Below are positions 53,141 through 61,107 of a stretch of DNA of 64,000 nucleotides, one piece after another (position 1 is the stretch's first letter; the number at the start of each line of letters is the position of its first letter). The DNA comes from Patescibacteria group bacterium. Its GTDB lineage: Bacteria; Patescibacteriota; WWE3; JAMCXX01; JBBTUG01. A program made the translations under genes and the position numbers. The stretch is taken from contig JBBTUG010000006.1 of NCBI GenBank assembly GCA_038063895.1, positions 6,701 through 70,700 on the forward strand, given 5' to 3'. The notes under the pieces are model-generated. The model made no database searches, was not told the DNA's origin, and saw only the letters and a list, made by a program, of their open reading frames with translations.

Positions 53141-53224
53141 CATTCTCCCCTGTAGAATTATAATTCCCCTTCCGTATTAACTCAACCCGAAAATCGGCGG
53201 ATTTTGCTATAATTTTGAAGAATA

Positions 53225-54514
53225 ATGAACCTTCGCGTTAAAAAAGTGGCCGGGAATACGTTGTTCCAATTAGCTGGAAAGGCGGTTTCAATCACCTGTT
53301 CGCTGCTGGCGACGGCGTTAATTACCCGCCGGTTTGGTGAGAATGGCTACGGCCTGTTTGCCCTAATGACGACTTTCGCCGCCTATTTCTACCTGGTGGT
53401 GGATTTCGGCATTAATGCCATCGTGATCCGGGCGGTGACGGAAAATAAGGAAAAGATCGCCGATTACTTCCGCAACCTCTACACTTTCCGTTTTTTGTTC
53501 TCTTTAGTTATCTTTTTAGTTGTTCTTTGCCTTCTGCCCCGGATTAATTTTAAAACCTCCGAACTCAGTCTTGTCCGGTGGGGGATTGCGATCAGTTTAT
53601 TTACGGTTATTTCCCAATCCCTTTATATCTCCGCCAACGCGATCTTCCAAAAAATATCCCGCTACGATCTTTCCAACCTCGCCTTAACCGCCGGAAATAT
53701 TCTGGCCCTACTGCTGACCCTTCTCTTCCTTTTCCTAGGCAAAGATTTGCTGTGGATGGTAGGGGCGACGGTAGTGGGAGCCTTTTTGTCCGTGGCTTTT
53801 TCCTTTGCGCTGATCCGGCCTTTCGTGCACTCCCTTCGGCCGTCGTTCGAGACGAAAGTGTGGAAAGAAATATTACTGCCGTCCTTGCCGGTAGGACTGG
53901 GGCTAATCACGATGGTGATTATGGCCAAGACGGATATGTTTTTGCTCTCAACAATTACTTTGCCCTCAGCTTTGGGCTATACTAACGGCCAGGCTTTAGG
54001 CTTCTACGGTCTGGCCTACAAAGTTTTTGAGACCGCCCTGGTTTTCCCGACCTTCTTTATCAACGCCCTCTACCCGTTACTCTTGGAGGATCATTTTTCC
54101 GACCGGGAGAAACTTAAAAACACCGTGAAGAAATCGGCTCTGTTTCTCTTTCTCATCGGGCTGGTGGCAGCTATTGTAGGCATTATTTTCGCCCCCTTTG
54201 CTATTACGGTTCTGGGTGGGAGCCGTTTCTTACCCGCCGTCGCGCCGCTGCAAATTCTCCTGCTGTCGCTGCCGATCTTCTTTCCTTCGGCTCTGTTTGT
54301 CTGGCTGTTAGTTACGCTAGGGCGGGAAAAATATCTGCCCTTAATTTACGCGTTCGGATCCGTATTTAATATCGCCGGCAATCTGTATTTTATTCCCCGT
54401 TACGGTTTTCTCGCTTCCGCGTGGCTGACCGGAATTACGGAAGTAATTGTTACCGTTTTGACGGCCTATTTATCTTTAAAAATACTTTTTGCCAAGGAAG
54501 GTTCCCGTGCTTAA
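53225..54514 (+). CDS. wzx: Polysaccharide flippase (Wzx/MOP superfamily)
   Basis: 429 aa with about 12 TM segments. The N-terminus 'LRVKKVAGNTLFQLAGKAVSITCSLLATALITRRFGENGYGLFAL' is a polysaccharide_synt signature. An extended -10 'TGcTATAAT' at 53205-53213 suggests a leaderless transcript. Confidence 0.7.
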   Translation: MNLRVKKVAGNTLFQLAGKAVSITCSLLATALITRRFGENGYGLFALMTTFAAYFYLVVDFGINAIVIRAVTENKEKIADYFRNLYTFRFLFSLVIFLVVLCLLPRINFKTSELSLVRWGIAISLFTVISQSLYISANAIFQKISRYDLSNLALTAGNILALLLTLLFLFLGKDLLWMVGATVVGAFLSVAFSFALIRPFVHSLRPSFETKVWKEILLPSLPVGLGLITMVIMAKTDMFLLSTITLPSALGYTNGQALGFYGLAYKVFETALVFPTFFINALYPLLLEDHFSDREKLKNTVKKSALFLFLIGLVAAIVGIIFAPFAITVLGGSRFLPAVAPLQILLLSLPIFFPSALFVWLLVTLGREKYLPLIYAFGSVFNIAGNLYFIPRYGFLASAWLTGITEVIVTVLTAYLSLKILFAKEGSRA

Positions 54515-55427
54515 TCCCCTGATATCCATTGTTATTGCCTCAAGCCGAAAAGATAGGAATAAGCTTTCGGCGTGTTTGGATTCCATTTACAAGGGATCTT
54601 TTCCGGCTGCTTCTTTTGAAGTTATTGTTGTCGACAGCGGGGCGGGGGACGAGGCAAAAGATTATCTTTTGGAGACAGCGAAAAGTCGCCCCAACCTTGT
54701 GCCTGCCTTTCCCGGCTTTGGTAATATCGGTCCGGCGCGGGCGCGAAATATTGGGATTAAGCTGGCCAAGTCGTCCTTGGTGGCTTTCACAGATGATGAT
54801 ATTTCGGTTGATCCGCAATGGCTGGAAAAGATTACTAAGGCTTTTCTTGAGCATCCCGAAGTGGCCGCTGTTGGCGGAATGACTTTGCCCCCGGACTCCT
54901 TGAGGCGAAATCCGTTTGCCGAATACGAATCGTCTATCTACCAACGCTATCTGAAAAATGGTTGCGCGGGCAGTTACTTATCAACGACGCGGGACGAGCA
55001 CCCGGTATTTACCGGCAATATTGCTTATCGGAAGGAGGTTTTAGAAAAAGCCGGGGGTTTCAGCGAAAATTTTCCGCCTTTTGTCTATGGGGAAGATGGG
55101 GATTTAAAGGAACGGGTGCTAAAAATGGGCGGCCGGTTTTTGTACATCGACTCGGTAAATTACCACAATACGGAGTACAGTCTCGCCAGCTTTTGGCAAA
55201 AAGAGGAGAAACGGGGGGCGGGGATTTTGCGCTATCGGAAAGACCACTACGGGACGTCTAGGCTTACACCTTTAAGATCGGGGAGCCGTGACCTTAAAGG
55301 TGTTTTGCATATGGTTATGAACTTAATACACCTTAAAGGTGTAAAAAATATTATGGGTATGTTTATTCTGGGTTTGGCGGTTGTCGCCCGACAAGTGGGG
55401 AAAATTCGTTACTATGGAAAAGTCTAA
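54489..55427 (+). CDS. GT2 family glycosyltransferase (3' end altered by palindromic-element insertions)
   Basis: 'ISIVIASSRKDRNKLSACLDSI...FEVIVVDSGAGDE...AFTDDDISVDPQW'. The C-terminal roughly 50 aa are encoded by repeat copies F and G. Confidence 0.6.
   Translation: MPRKVPVLNPLISIVIASSRKDRNKLSACLDSIYKGSFPAASFEVIVVDSGAGDEAKDYLLETAKSRPNLVPAFPGFGNIGPARARNIGIKLAKSSLVAFTDDDISVDPQWLEKITKAFLEHPEVAAVGGMTLPPDSLRRNPFAEYESSIYQRYLKNGCAGSYLSTTRDEHPVFTGNIAYRKEVLEKAGGFSENFPPFVYGEDGDLKERVLKMGGRFLYIDSVNYHNTEYSLASFWQKEEKRGAGILRYRKDHYGTSRLTPLRSGSRDLKGVLHMVMNLIHLKGVKNIMGMFILGLAVVARQVGKIRYYGKV
55267..55342 (+). repeat. 36-bp palindromic element copy F (55267-55302) plus a solo arm G (55329-55341), in the 3' end of the GT2 ORF
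   Basis: Arms 'cacctttaagatc'/'gaccttaaaggtg' with loop 'ggggagccgt'. A solo 'caccttaaaggtg' follows. Together they encode TPLRSGSRDLKGV...HLKGV. Confidence 0.8.
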
Positions 55428-56538
55428 AATTCTTTTTACCGACCATACTCCTTTCGTCGGTGGGGCGCAGCTGGCGCTTCTCCGTCACCTCCGGCACCTG
55501 TCTCGGGATCGGTATACCCCTTTCGTTGCCTGTTCCGACGCGGTTCCTCTGTTTGTTGAAAAGTTACGGGCGGCTGAAACTGCAACCACGATTTTAGCCT
55601 TTCCCAAATTGAAGTTACTCGGTCTCCCGTCAGTAGCTAACCTCATTAAAATCACTTGGGAGCTTTGTATAATAATCCGGAAGGAAAAGATTGACGTTAT
55701 CGTAGCCAATACTGAGCGGGCGGCCTATCCGTCTCTTTTGGCGGCGAAACTAACTGGCCGGCCGTTTATTTTGTGGGTTCGGGATTTTGAGTACGGGCAG
55801 AAGATGTTTGCCTTCTTGGCATTTTTTAGTTCGGACGTGGTTTTCGTTTCCCGGGCCCTGAAAAATTATTATCACAGTGATAAGGGACACGTTGTTTATG
55901 TCGGCACCGAAGTACCGCAATCCACTACAACCGCTGATACAACCCATTACCCCCTGATTCACATCGGCTTCGCTGGTCGGCTGGTCGCCTGGAAAGGCGC
56001 GCAAGTCCTAATTGAGGCGGCCCGGTTGCTGAAAGAGGAGAACTTTCTTCCCGGTGGCTGGCAGATAGTTATTGCCGGCTCGGGGGAAAATCAGGCGGGG
56101 TCGAATGAGATGGAGCTTCACCAAATGGTGGAAAGAGGGGGTTTGCAGACTGTTATTAAATTTTCCGGTTTTAGAGAACAGATGACTGAGTTTTACGAAT
56201 CACTGGACATTTTTGTCCACCCGTCAATTAAGCCCGAACCATTCGCTACGGTAGTCGTGGAGGCGATGGCCTTGGGGCTTCCGGTTGTAGCGAGTAACGC
56301 CGGGGGAACGCCGGAAATAATAAAGGACGGGGAAAACGGCTTCCTCTTTCCGAGCGGAGACGCCCAATCTCTCACGGGACAGCTGAAAATATTATTATTG
56401 GATAAGGAGTTACGGAAAAGAATTGGGGAGAATGCGCGCGAAACTGTGCACTCGGAATTTACGGAAGAGAAGGTGACCGGGCAGATGGAAACTATATATG
56501 GAGAGGTTCTCCCCGCCGGGTGGCGGATCGAACGGTAA
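55414..56538 (+). CDS. Glycosyltransferase family 4
   Basis: 'HPSIKPEPFATVVVEAMALGLPVVASNAGGTPEIIKDGENGFLF' is the GT4 E-x7-E region. The start is set at MEKSKILF. Confidence 0.7.
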   Translation: MEKSKILFTDHTPFVGGAQLALLRHLRHLSRDRYTPFVACSDAVPLFVEKLRAAETATTILAFPKLKLLGLPSVANLIKITWELCIIIRKEKIDVIVANTERAAYPSLLAAKLTGRPFILWVRDFEYGQKMFAFLAFFSSDVVFVSRALKNYYHSDKGHVVYVGTEVPQSTTTADTTHYPLIHIGFAGRLVAWKGAQVLIEAARLLKEENFLPGGWQIVIAGSGENQAGSNEMELHQMVERGGLQTVIKFSGFREQMTEFYESLDIFVHPSIKPEPFATVVVEAMALGLPVVASNAGGTPEIIKDGENGFLFPSGDAQSLTGQLKILLLDKELRKRIGENARETVHSEFTEEKVTGQMETIYGEVLPAGWRIER

Positions 56539-56547
56539 TTAGTGGCT

Positions 56548-56575
56548 ATGAAACAATGAAACAATGAAACCATGA
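56548..56575 (+). repeat. Tandem 'ATGAAAC' repeat (x3) forming three overlapping mini-ORFs (MKQ*, MKQ*, MKP*) whose last TGA overlaps the ATG of the downstream gene
   Basis: 'atgaaacaatgaaacaatgaaaccATGAgaatt'. ATGs at 56548, 56556, 56564 and 56572, with a TGA overlapping each next ATG. Confidence 0.6.
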
Positions 56576-57750
56576 GAATTACTAAGGCATTTCTCTACAT
56601 TTTTATTTTATCGCTGACCCTTGGACAACTGGGCAGTTACCGGTTTGGGGAGGGTGTGGTTTATATCTCGGATTTACTGCTGGCGGCTTTAATCGTCATC
56701 TGGCTGCTGGAAAGTTTTTTGGTTATCCGTTCCTTAAGACTTGAGCGTAAGGGGATTTTTATCTTTTTGTTCGGGGTGGTTTCCCTCCTAACCCTTCTTA
56801 ATGCCACCAGGTTTTTCAGCTCCGCCGAAATTATTACTGGCAGTTTGTACTGGTTCCGTTGGGTCGCTTATGCGCTTGTTTATTTCCTGGTTCGGGATTT
56901 AATCACCAAAGGAGAAAAGATTCGTGAGCCGATCATATTTCTTTTAATTGTTGACGGCCTTTTTCTGGCTCTGTCTGGTTTTATCCAATTGGCGGTTATT
57001 CCGGATTTCCGCCTCCAGGCGGTGGAATCAGGCTGGGACCCACACAAAAACCGTCTGCTTTCGACCTTTTTCGACCCGAATTTTACCGGGGCTTTTTTGT
57101 CTTTAACTTTGAGTTTAGTCATCAGCCGGCTTTTTTCGCCGGGGCGAAAATTGCTCTACGTTGTGGCTTTACCAGTTCTTCTATTAGCCCTTCTCCTAAC
57201 CTTCTCCCGCAGTGCCTGGCTGATGTTCGGCGTGATTATCCTGGTCTTCGGCCTTCTCCGTTCCCGTTGGCTCTTATTGCTCGCCGTTTTTCTCGCTTTC
57301 TCCGCCTACTTTTTCGTGCCCCGGGTGCAGACCCGACTTTCGGGGGTAACGGATCCGGCCGATTCCGCTCACTTTCGGCTCATCTCGTGGAATAATACTT
57401 TGAAAATCGCCGGCGACTATCCGCTCAGTGGCGTCGGGTTTAATCTTTTCCGCTACGCCCAGGCTGATTACGGCTTCTTCGGTTTTCGCGATCCCTCGGG
57501 AGGGCACGCCGGGGCCGGTTCCGATTCCAGCTGGCTTTTGGTTCTCGCTACCACCGGTGTTTTCGGGTTTCTAATTTTCAGTCTGCTATATTTACGTCTT
57601 TTATTGGAAAGCTGGAAGGCTCGAGGCACTGTCGTTGGTTTGGCGCTTCTGGCGGCTTTAGCGGGATTAGTAGTCGAAACCAACTTCATCAATGCTCTTT
57701 TTTATGTGCCCATAATGTCATGGGTCTGGCTTGTGGCAGCGCTTCTATAA
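56572..57750 (+). CDS. O-antigen ligase/polymerase-like (Wzy_C family) membrane protein
   Basis: 392 aa and polytopic. 'LTFSRSAWLMFGVIILVFGLL' and 'YPLSGVGFNLFRYAQADYGFFGFRDPSGGHAGAGSDSSWL' are Wzy_C-like. Confidence 0.6.
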   Translation: MRITKAFLYIFILSLTLGQLGSYRFGEGVVYISDLLLAALIVIWLLESFLVIRSLRLERKGIFIFLFGVVSLLTLLNATRFFSSAEIITGSLYWFRWVAYALVYFLVRDLITKGEKIREPIIFLLIVDGLFLALSGFIQLAVIPDFRLQAVESGWDPHKNRLLSTFFDPNFTGAFLSLTLSLVISRLFSPGRKLLYVVALPVLLLALLLTFSRSAWLMFGVIILVFGLLRSRWLLLLAVFLAFSAYFFVPRVQTRLSGVTDPADSAHFRLISWNNTLKIAGDYPLSGVGFNLFRYAQADYGFFGFRDPSGGHAGAGSDSSWLLVLATTGVFGFLIFSLLYLRLLLESWKARGTVVGLALLAALAGLVVETNFINALFYVPIMSWVWLVAALL

Positions 57751-58233
57751 GTCAAAATTCAAAAATGTCTCCTGTCATCCTGAGGAGTCAACGACGAAGG
57801 ATCTCTGACCTTGTGTCAGGCTTTCAACTGATTCCAATCTCAATAAAATCCGGGTTAGTTTCTTGAATTAGTCTCATCTTTTTTTGTCTGGTCCATCCTT
57901 TTAGTTCTTTCTCTCGCGCTATGGCTTCAAGCGGGTTGTTGTAATTTTCAACGTATATCAGTTTGTTAATGTTGTATCTCTTTGTAAATCCATCAACCTT
58001 TTTATTTTTGTGCTCCCAAATTCTTCGGCTAAGATTACTTGTTATTCCGATGTAAAGTGTTGCGGATAGGTTGGTGAGGATATAGACATAGAACGTTTTG
58101 TCCATTTAGTTAAGTTTAAGCACTAGGACGCCCATTCGGGCGAGATCCTTCCCTTCCTTCGGCCCTTGGCGAAGTCCGGTCAGGATGACTTAAAGTCACT
58201 TTTTAATTTTGAATTGAACTTTTGAATTTTGAC
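57751..58233 (+). mobile_element. Candidate small inserted unit: GIY-YIG gene bounded by compound inverted repeats (14-bp outer 'GTCAAAATTCAAAA', 10-bp inner 'GTCATCCTGA')
   Basis: The outer inverted repeat lies at 57751-57764 and 58220-58233 as its reverse complement. The inner repeat lies at 57774-57783 and 58180-58189. 'TTTTGAC' tandem repeats occur at the right end. Confidence 0.3.
57824..58105 (-). CDS. GIY-YIG nuclease domain protein (93 aa)
   Basis: 'FYVYILTNLSATLYIGITSNLSRRIWEHK' contains the GIY...YIG motif and the conserved Arg/Glu. Confidence 0.7.
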   Translation of the reverse strand: MDKTFYVYILTNLSATLYIGITSNLSRRIWEHKNKKVDGFTKRYNINKLIYVENYNNPLEAIAREKELKGWTRQKKMRLIQETNPDFIEIGIS

Positions 58234-58253
58234 TTTTGACTTTTGAATTAGTC

Positions 58254-59012
58254 TTAAAATGTGCGACTGAAGTACACCGTCCGATACACGTCCGTCTTAT
58301 TGCCGGCGATGTCTTCCGCCTCAATGGTTAACTTATTTTCCCCGTCCTTCAGCGAGTAAAGAATCTTAAAGTTGCCCAGCTCGTCCACCACCGCCTGCAA
58401 CTCGTTAACCCGGATCGTCGTATTCGGATCGGTCTTGCCGGCGACCTTGATCTCGCTTTCTTTCTGGTTAAAGGTTGCCCGGTCGGCGGGTTCCAGCAGG
58501 CTTAAAACCGGGGCCTTCTTCTTGTAAATCACCGTGACTACCCGGGACGGCCTACTCTCCGCCCCGCCTTCAATGGAGGCTTTGACGTAAAACTTATTTT
58601 CCCCGTCGGAAAGCGAAATGCTTTCGAAGGAGAAAGTGCCCTCCTTATCAACAACTCGCTTTTCCAATTGTAGGTCATTCACGAAAAGAGTGACGGTCAC
58701 ACCCGGATCGGCGTAACCGGAAATATTTATCGATTCGGCTTTGGTGGCCGTCGGGAGGCTGGTTAGGCGGGGCGAGGCCGGGGTTATTATTCTACTGCGA
58801 GCCGGTGTTGAGGCGTTGCCGGAGAAGCTGATGGTTTTCCAAAAAGTGTCGATGTTGGAGATTATGGCGAGGCCCCAAAAATACATAGCGGCTAAAACGG
58901 CCAGAACAATTAGGAAGCGGAGGCCGATTTTCCGGAACAGCTCCATTTCGGTCGAGATTTCTTTCTTGGCCGGACTGCTGGGGCGATGGAGGTGATAATT
59001 TCCCGCTTTCAT
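58254..59012 (-). CDS. Membrane-anchored extracellular protein with two Ig-like (Big-like) repeats
   Basis: One TM helix, then the repeated units 'ISGYADPGVTVTLFVNDLQLEKRVVDKEGTFSFE' and 'VAGKTDPNTTIRVNELQAVVDELGNFKI'. Confidence 0.45.
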   Translation of the reverse strand: MKAGNYHLHRPSSPAKKEISTEMELFRKIGLRFLIVLAVLAAMYFWGLAIISNIDTFWKTISFSGNASTPARSRIITPASPRLTSLPTATKAESINISGYADPGVTVTLFVNDLQLEKRVVDKEGTFSFESISLSDGENKFYVKASIEGGAESRPSRVVTVIYKKKAPVLSLLEPADRATFNQKESEIKVAGKTDPNTTIRVNELQAVVDELGNFKILYSLKDGENKLTIEAEDIAGNKTDVYRTVYFSRTF

Positions 59013-59090
59013 TTACACTCTAACTCTACCAAACTCCTCCCCCAACTTCCACAACTTGACATTTATGGCTTAATTCAGTAACATGACAAT

Positions 59091-59690
59091 ATGGTCAAAT
59101 TAGTGAATCAGACAATATTTACTGCTCTATTAAAGGAGAAACAGCTCCTAACCTTTACGGCGGCGGACATCTGCGCTCTTTTCGGAGTCAGCGCGGTGGC
59201 AACAGCAGGGTTACTCAACCGCTACACAAAAAGAGGACTTATTCTCCGGATAAAACGGGGGTTTTACGTGTTGGCCGAGGCTTTACCGCCCGATGTTTAC
59301 CTCGCAAATAAAATTTACAGCCCTTCATATATCTCGCTCGAATTTGCATTGTCGTATCACGGGGTTATTCCCGAGACCGTTTACGAAATTACTTCGGTTA
59401 CGACGAAGGCCACCCGTCGGCTGGAAACCCTGGGAAAGGTATTTTCTTATCGGAGAATTAAGAAGTCTGCGTATACCGGGTATGGGACCGAGAAACAAGG
59501 TACAGCCAGTTTTTTTATCGCCGACGCCGAGAAAGCTTTCGTGGATACAAATTACTTCCGGATAATAAACGCGCAGGAACCCTTATCCCGGTTTCATAAG
59601 GATAAAATCAACCCCGAAAAAGCCTTATACTACGCAAAACTGTTTAATAACCTGAAATTGACCAGCATTATTAAAACAACCCTTCAATGA
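59091..59690 (+). CDS. abiEi: Type IV toxin-antitoxin / abortive-infection AbiEi-family antitoxin (transcriptional regulator)
   Basis: 'RGLILRIKRGFYVL...SPSYISLEFALSYHGVIPE' is an AbiEi_4 signature. The gene overlaps the downstream AbiEii. Confidence 0.7.
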   Translation: MVKLVNQTIFTALLKEKQLLTFTAADICALFGVSAVATAGLLNRYTKRGLILRIKRGFYVLAEALPPDVYLANKIYSPSYISLEFALSYHGVIPETVYEITSVTTKATRRLETLGKVFSYRRIKKSAYTGYGTEKQGTASFFIADAEKAFVDTNYFRIINAQEPLSRFHKDKINPEKALYYAKLFNNLKLTSIIKTTLQ

Positions 59691-60451
59691 TTAATATTGA
59701 AACACTTGAAAAATTAGCGCGGCAGACTCAGACTAGTGTGTTTCCGAACGTTGTTCGTGAGTATTTTCAGCACGTATTTTTGGCCGAGCTTTACAGGTTA
59801 CCGGAGGCGGGGCGAATCCTTTTTAAAGGTGGTACGGCGCTTCGCGTGGTTTATAACAGTCCGCGTTTTTCGGAGGATTTGGATTTTTCCCTTTTTAGTA
59901 CTCCTTTAAAAAAGGTTACCTCTTTCGTTGAGGACTTATTTGTCCAAGTATTAACTGAGATGGAAAATGCCGGAATAAGGGTTGAACTCGGCGATAAACT
60001 CGGATCGACCAGTGGGGGATATTTTGGTCTGGCCACTTTCCGTATGTTTGAATACCCATTGATCAGTGTGGAATTGAATGTATCGGCGCGAAATATCAGG
60101 GACGTAATTGGGGAAATTGACAGCGTAGCGAACAACTTTGTACCCACCTATACAATTATGCATCTGCCGCAAAAAGAGATCGTTGAAGAAAAAGTTTTTG
60201 GGGCGCTTCGGGATCGTAAAAAACCCCGGGATTTCTACGATTTATATTTTATTATGCGCAGTAACCTTCTTTCCCACGACCAAAAAAAACGATTATCCGG
60301 ACTAAAAGAGCAGATAGTTAGGGATGCAAAAGCTATTAATTTTCGCACCGAGCTTGGGGTATTTTTACCGGCGGATCAGCAGGCGATTATCCGTGATTTT
60401 CCCGCAACACTTGCGCGCGAGCTCAATCGACAGTTAAGCACTTTGAGTTGA
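59687..60451 (+). CDS. abiEii: AbiEii/AbiGii-family nucleotidyltransferase toxin (DUF1814)
   Basis: 'LFKGGTALRVVYNSPRFSEDLDFS' is the NTase motif. Confidence 0.75.
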   Translation: MINIETLEKLARQTQTSVFPNVVREYFQHVFLAELYRLPEAGRILFKGGTALRVVYNSPRFSEDLDFSLFSTPLKKVTSFVEDLFVQVLTEMENAGIRVELGDKLGSTSGGYFGLATFRMFEYPLISVELNVSARNIRDVIGEIDSVANNFVPTYTIMHLPQKEIVEEKVFGALRDRKKPRDFYDLYFIMRSNLLSHDQKKRLSGLKEQIVRDAKAINFRTELGVFLPADQQAIIRDFPATLARELNRQLSTLS

Positions 60452-60502
60452 TAATGGCTGTAAATTATTGACAATATATAATAAGTACGTTATAATGTAC
60501 GT

Positions 60503-60865
60503 ATGGATACTAAAACCACCCTCTCGATCTCCCAAGCCCGCAAAGTCATTTTTTCAATCGCCGAAAAAGTCCAAAGGCCTGGCGCTTACTACACTCTGAC
60601 TGAAAAAGGCCGACCGAAGGCTGTCGTTATGTCGGCGCAGGAATTCGAAAATTGGCAAGAGACTCTAGAGGTAATGCAGGAATTTCCGGATTTAAAAAAG
60701 GATATTGTCGAAACGGAATCGGCTGTTAAAAGCGGTGAATACAAAAGCTGGACGACTTTGACGACCCTTTTGGGCCGGGAAGGCTTCGTTGTCGCCGAGA
60801 ATACTCCGAAAAGGTATGCAGTTCCAACTACGACTAAAACCAAGCGCGCAAAAAGAGTTAGATAA
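60503..60865 (+). CDS. Phd/YefM-family type II antitoxin
   Basis: 'ISQARKVIFSIAEKVQRPGAYYTLTEKGRPKAVVMSAQEFENWQETLEVM'. Confidence 0.65.
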   Translation: MDTKTTLSISQARKVIFSIAEKVQRPGAYYTLTEKGRPKAVVMSAQEFENWQETLEVMQEFPDLKKDIVETESAVKSGEYKSWTTLTTLLGREGFVVAENTPKRYAVPTTTKTKRAKRVR

Positions 60866-61067
60866 ACTGGAGAAAACAGCCCGTTATAAGGTTCTGGCGG
60901 CTTTTTCGGAAATCGCTAAGGACCCTTTTGTCGGGAAGAAATTGGAAGGGGAGTTTCGCGGCTGCTACTCTTACCGGGTTTGGCCTTTTAGGATTATTTA
61001 CCTCATCTACAAAAAAGAGCTCCTCGTTCTCGTTATCCGCATCGGTCACCGCCAAGGCGTTTATTGA
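60816..61067 (+). CDS. RelE/ParE-family type II toxin
   Basis: 'FRGCYSYRVWPFRIIYLIYKKELLVLVIRIGHRQ'. The start is set at MQFQ and overlaps the antitoxin 3' end. Confidence 0.65.
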   Translation: MQFQLRLKPSAQKELDKLEKTARYKVLAAFSEIAKDPFVGKKLEGEFRGCYSYRVWPFRIIYLIYKKELLVLVIRIGHRQGVY

Positions 61068-61107
61068 TATATTTTCAGGTCATGCGGTAATATTTAAGAA
61101 CGGAGGT

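Noticed and set aside
26412-55342. CRISPR array interpretation of the recurring palindromes.
   Set aside because: The copies are dispersed singletons, or a pair plus a solo arm, and not regularly spaced direct repeats with unique spacers. No cas genes are adjacent.
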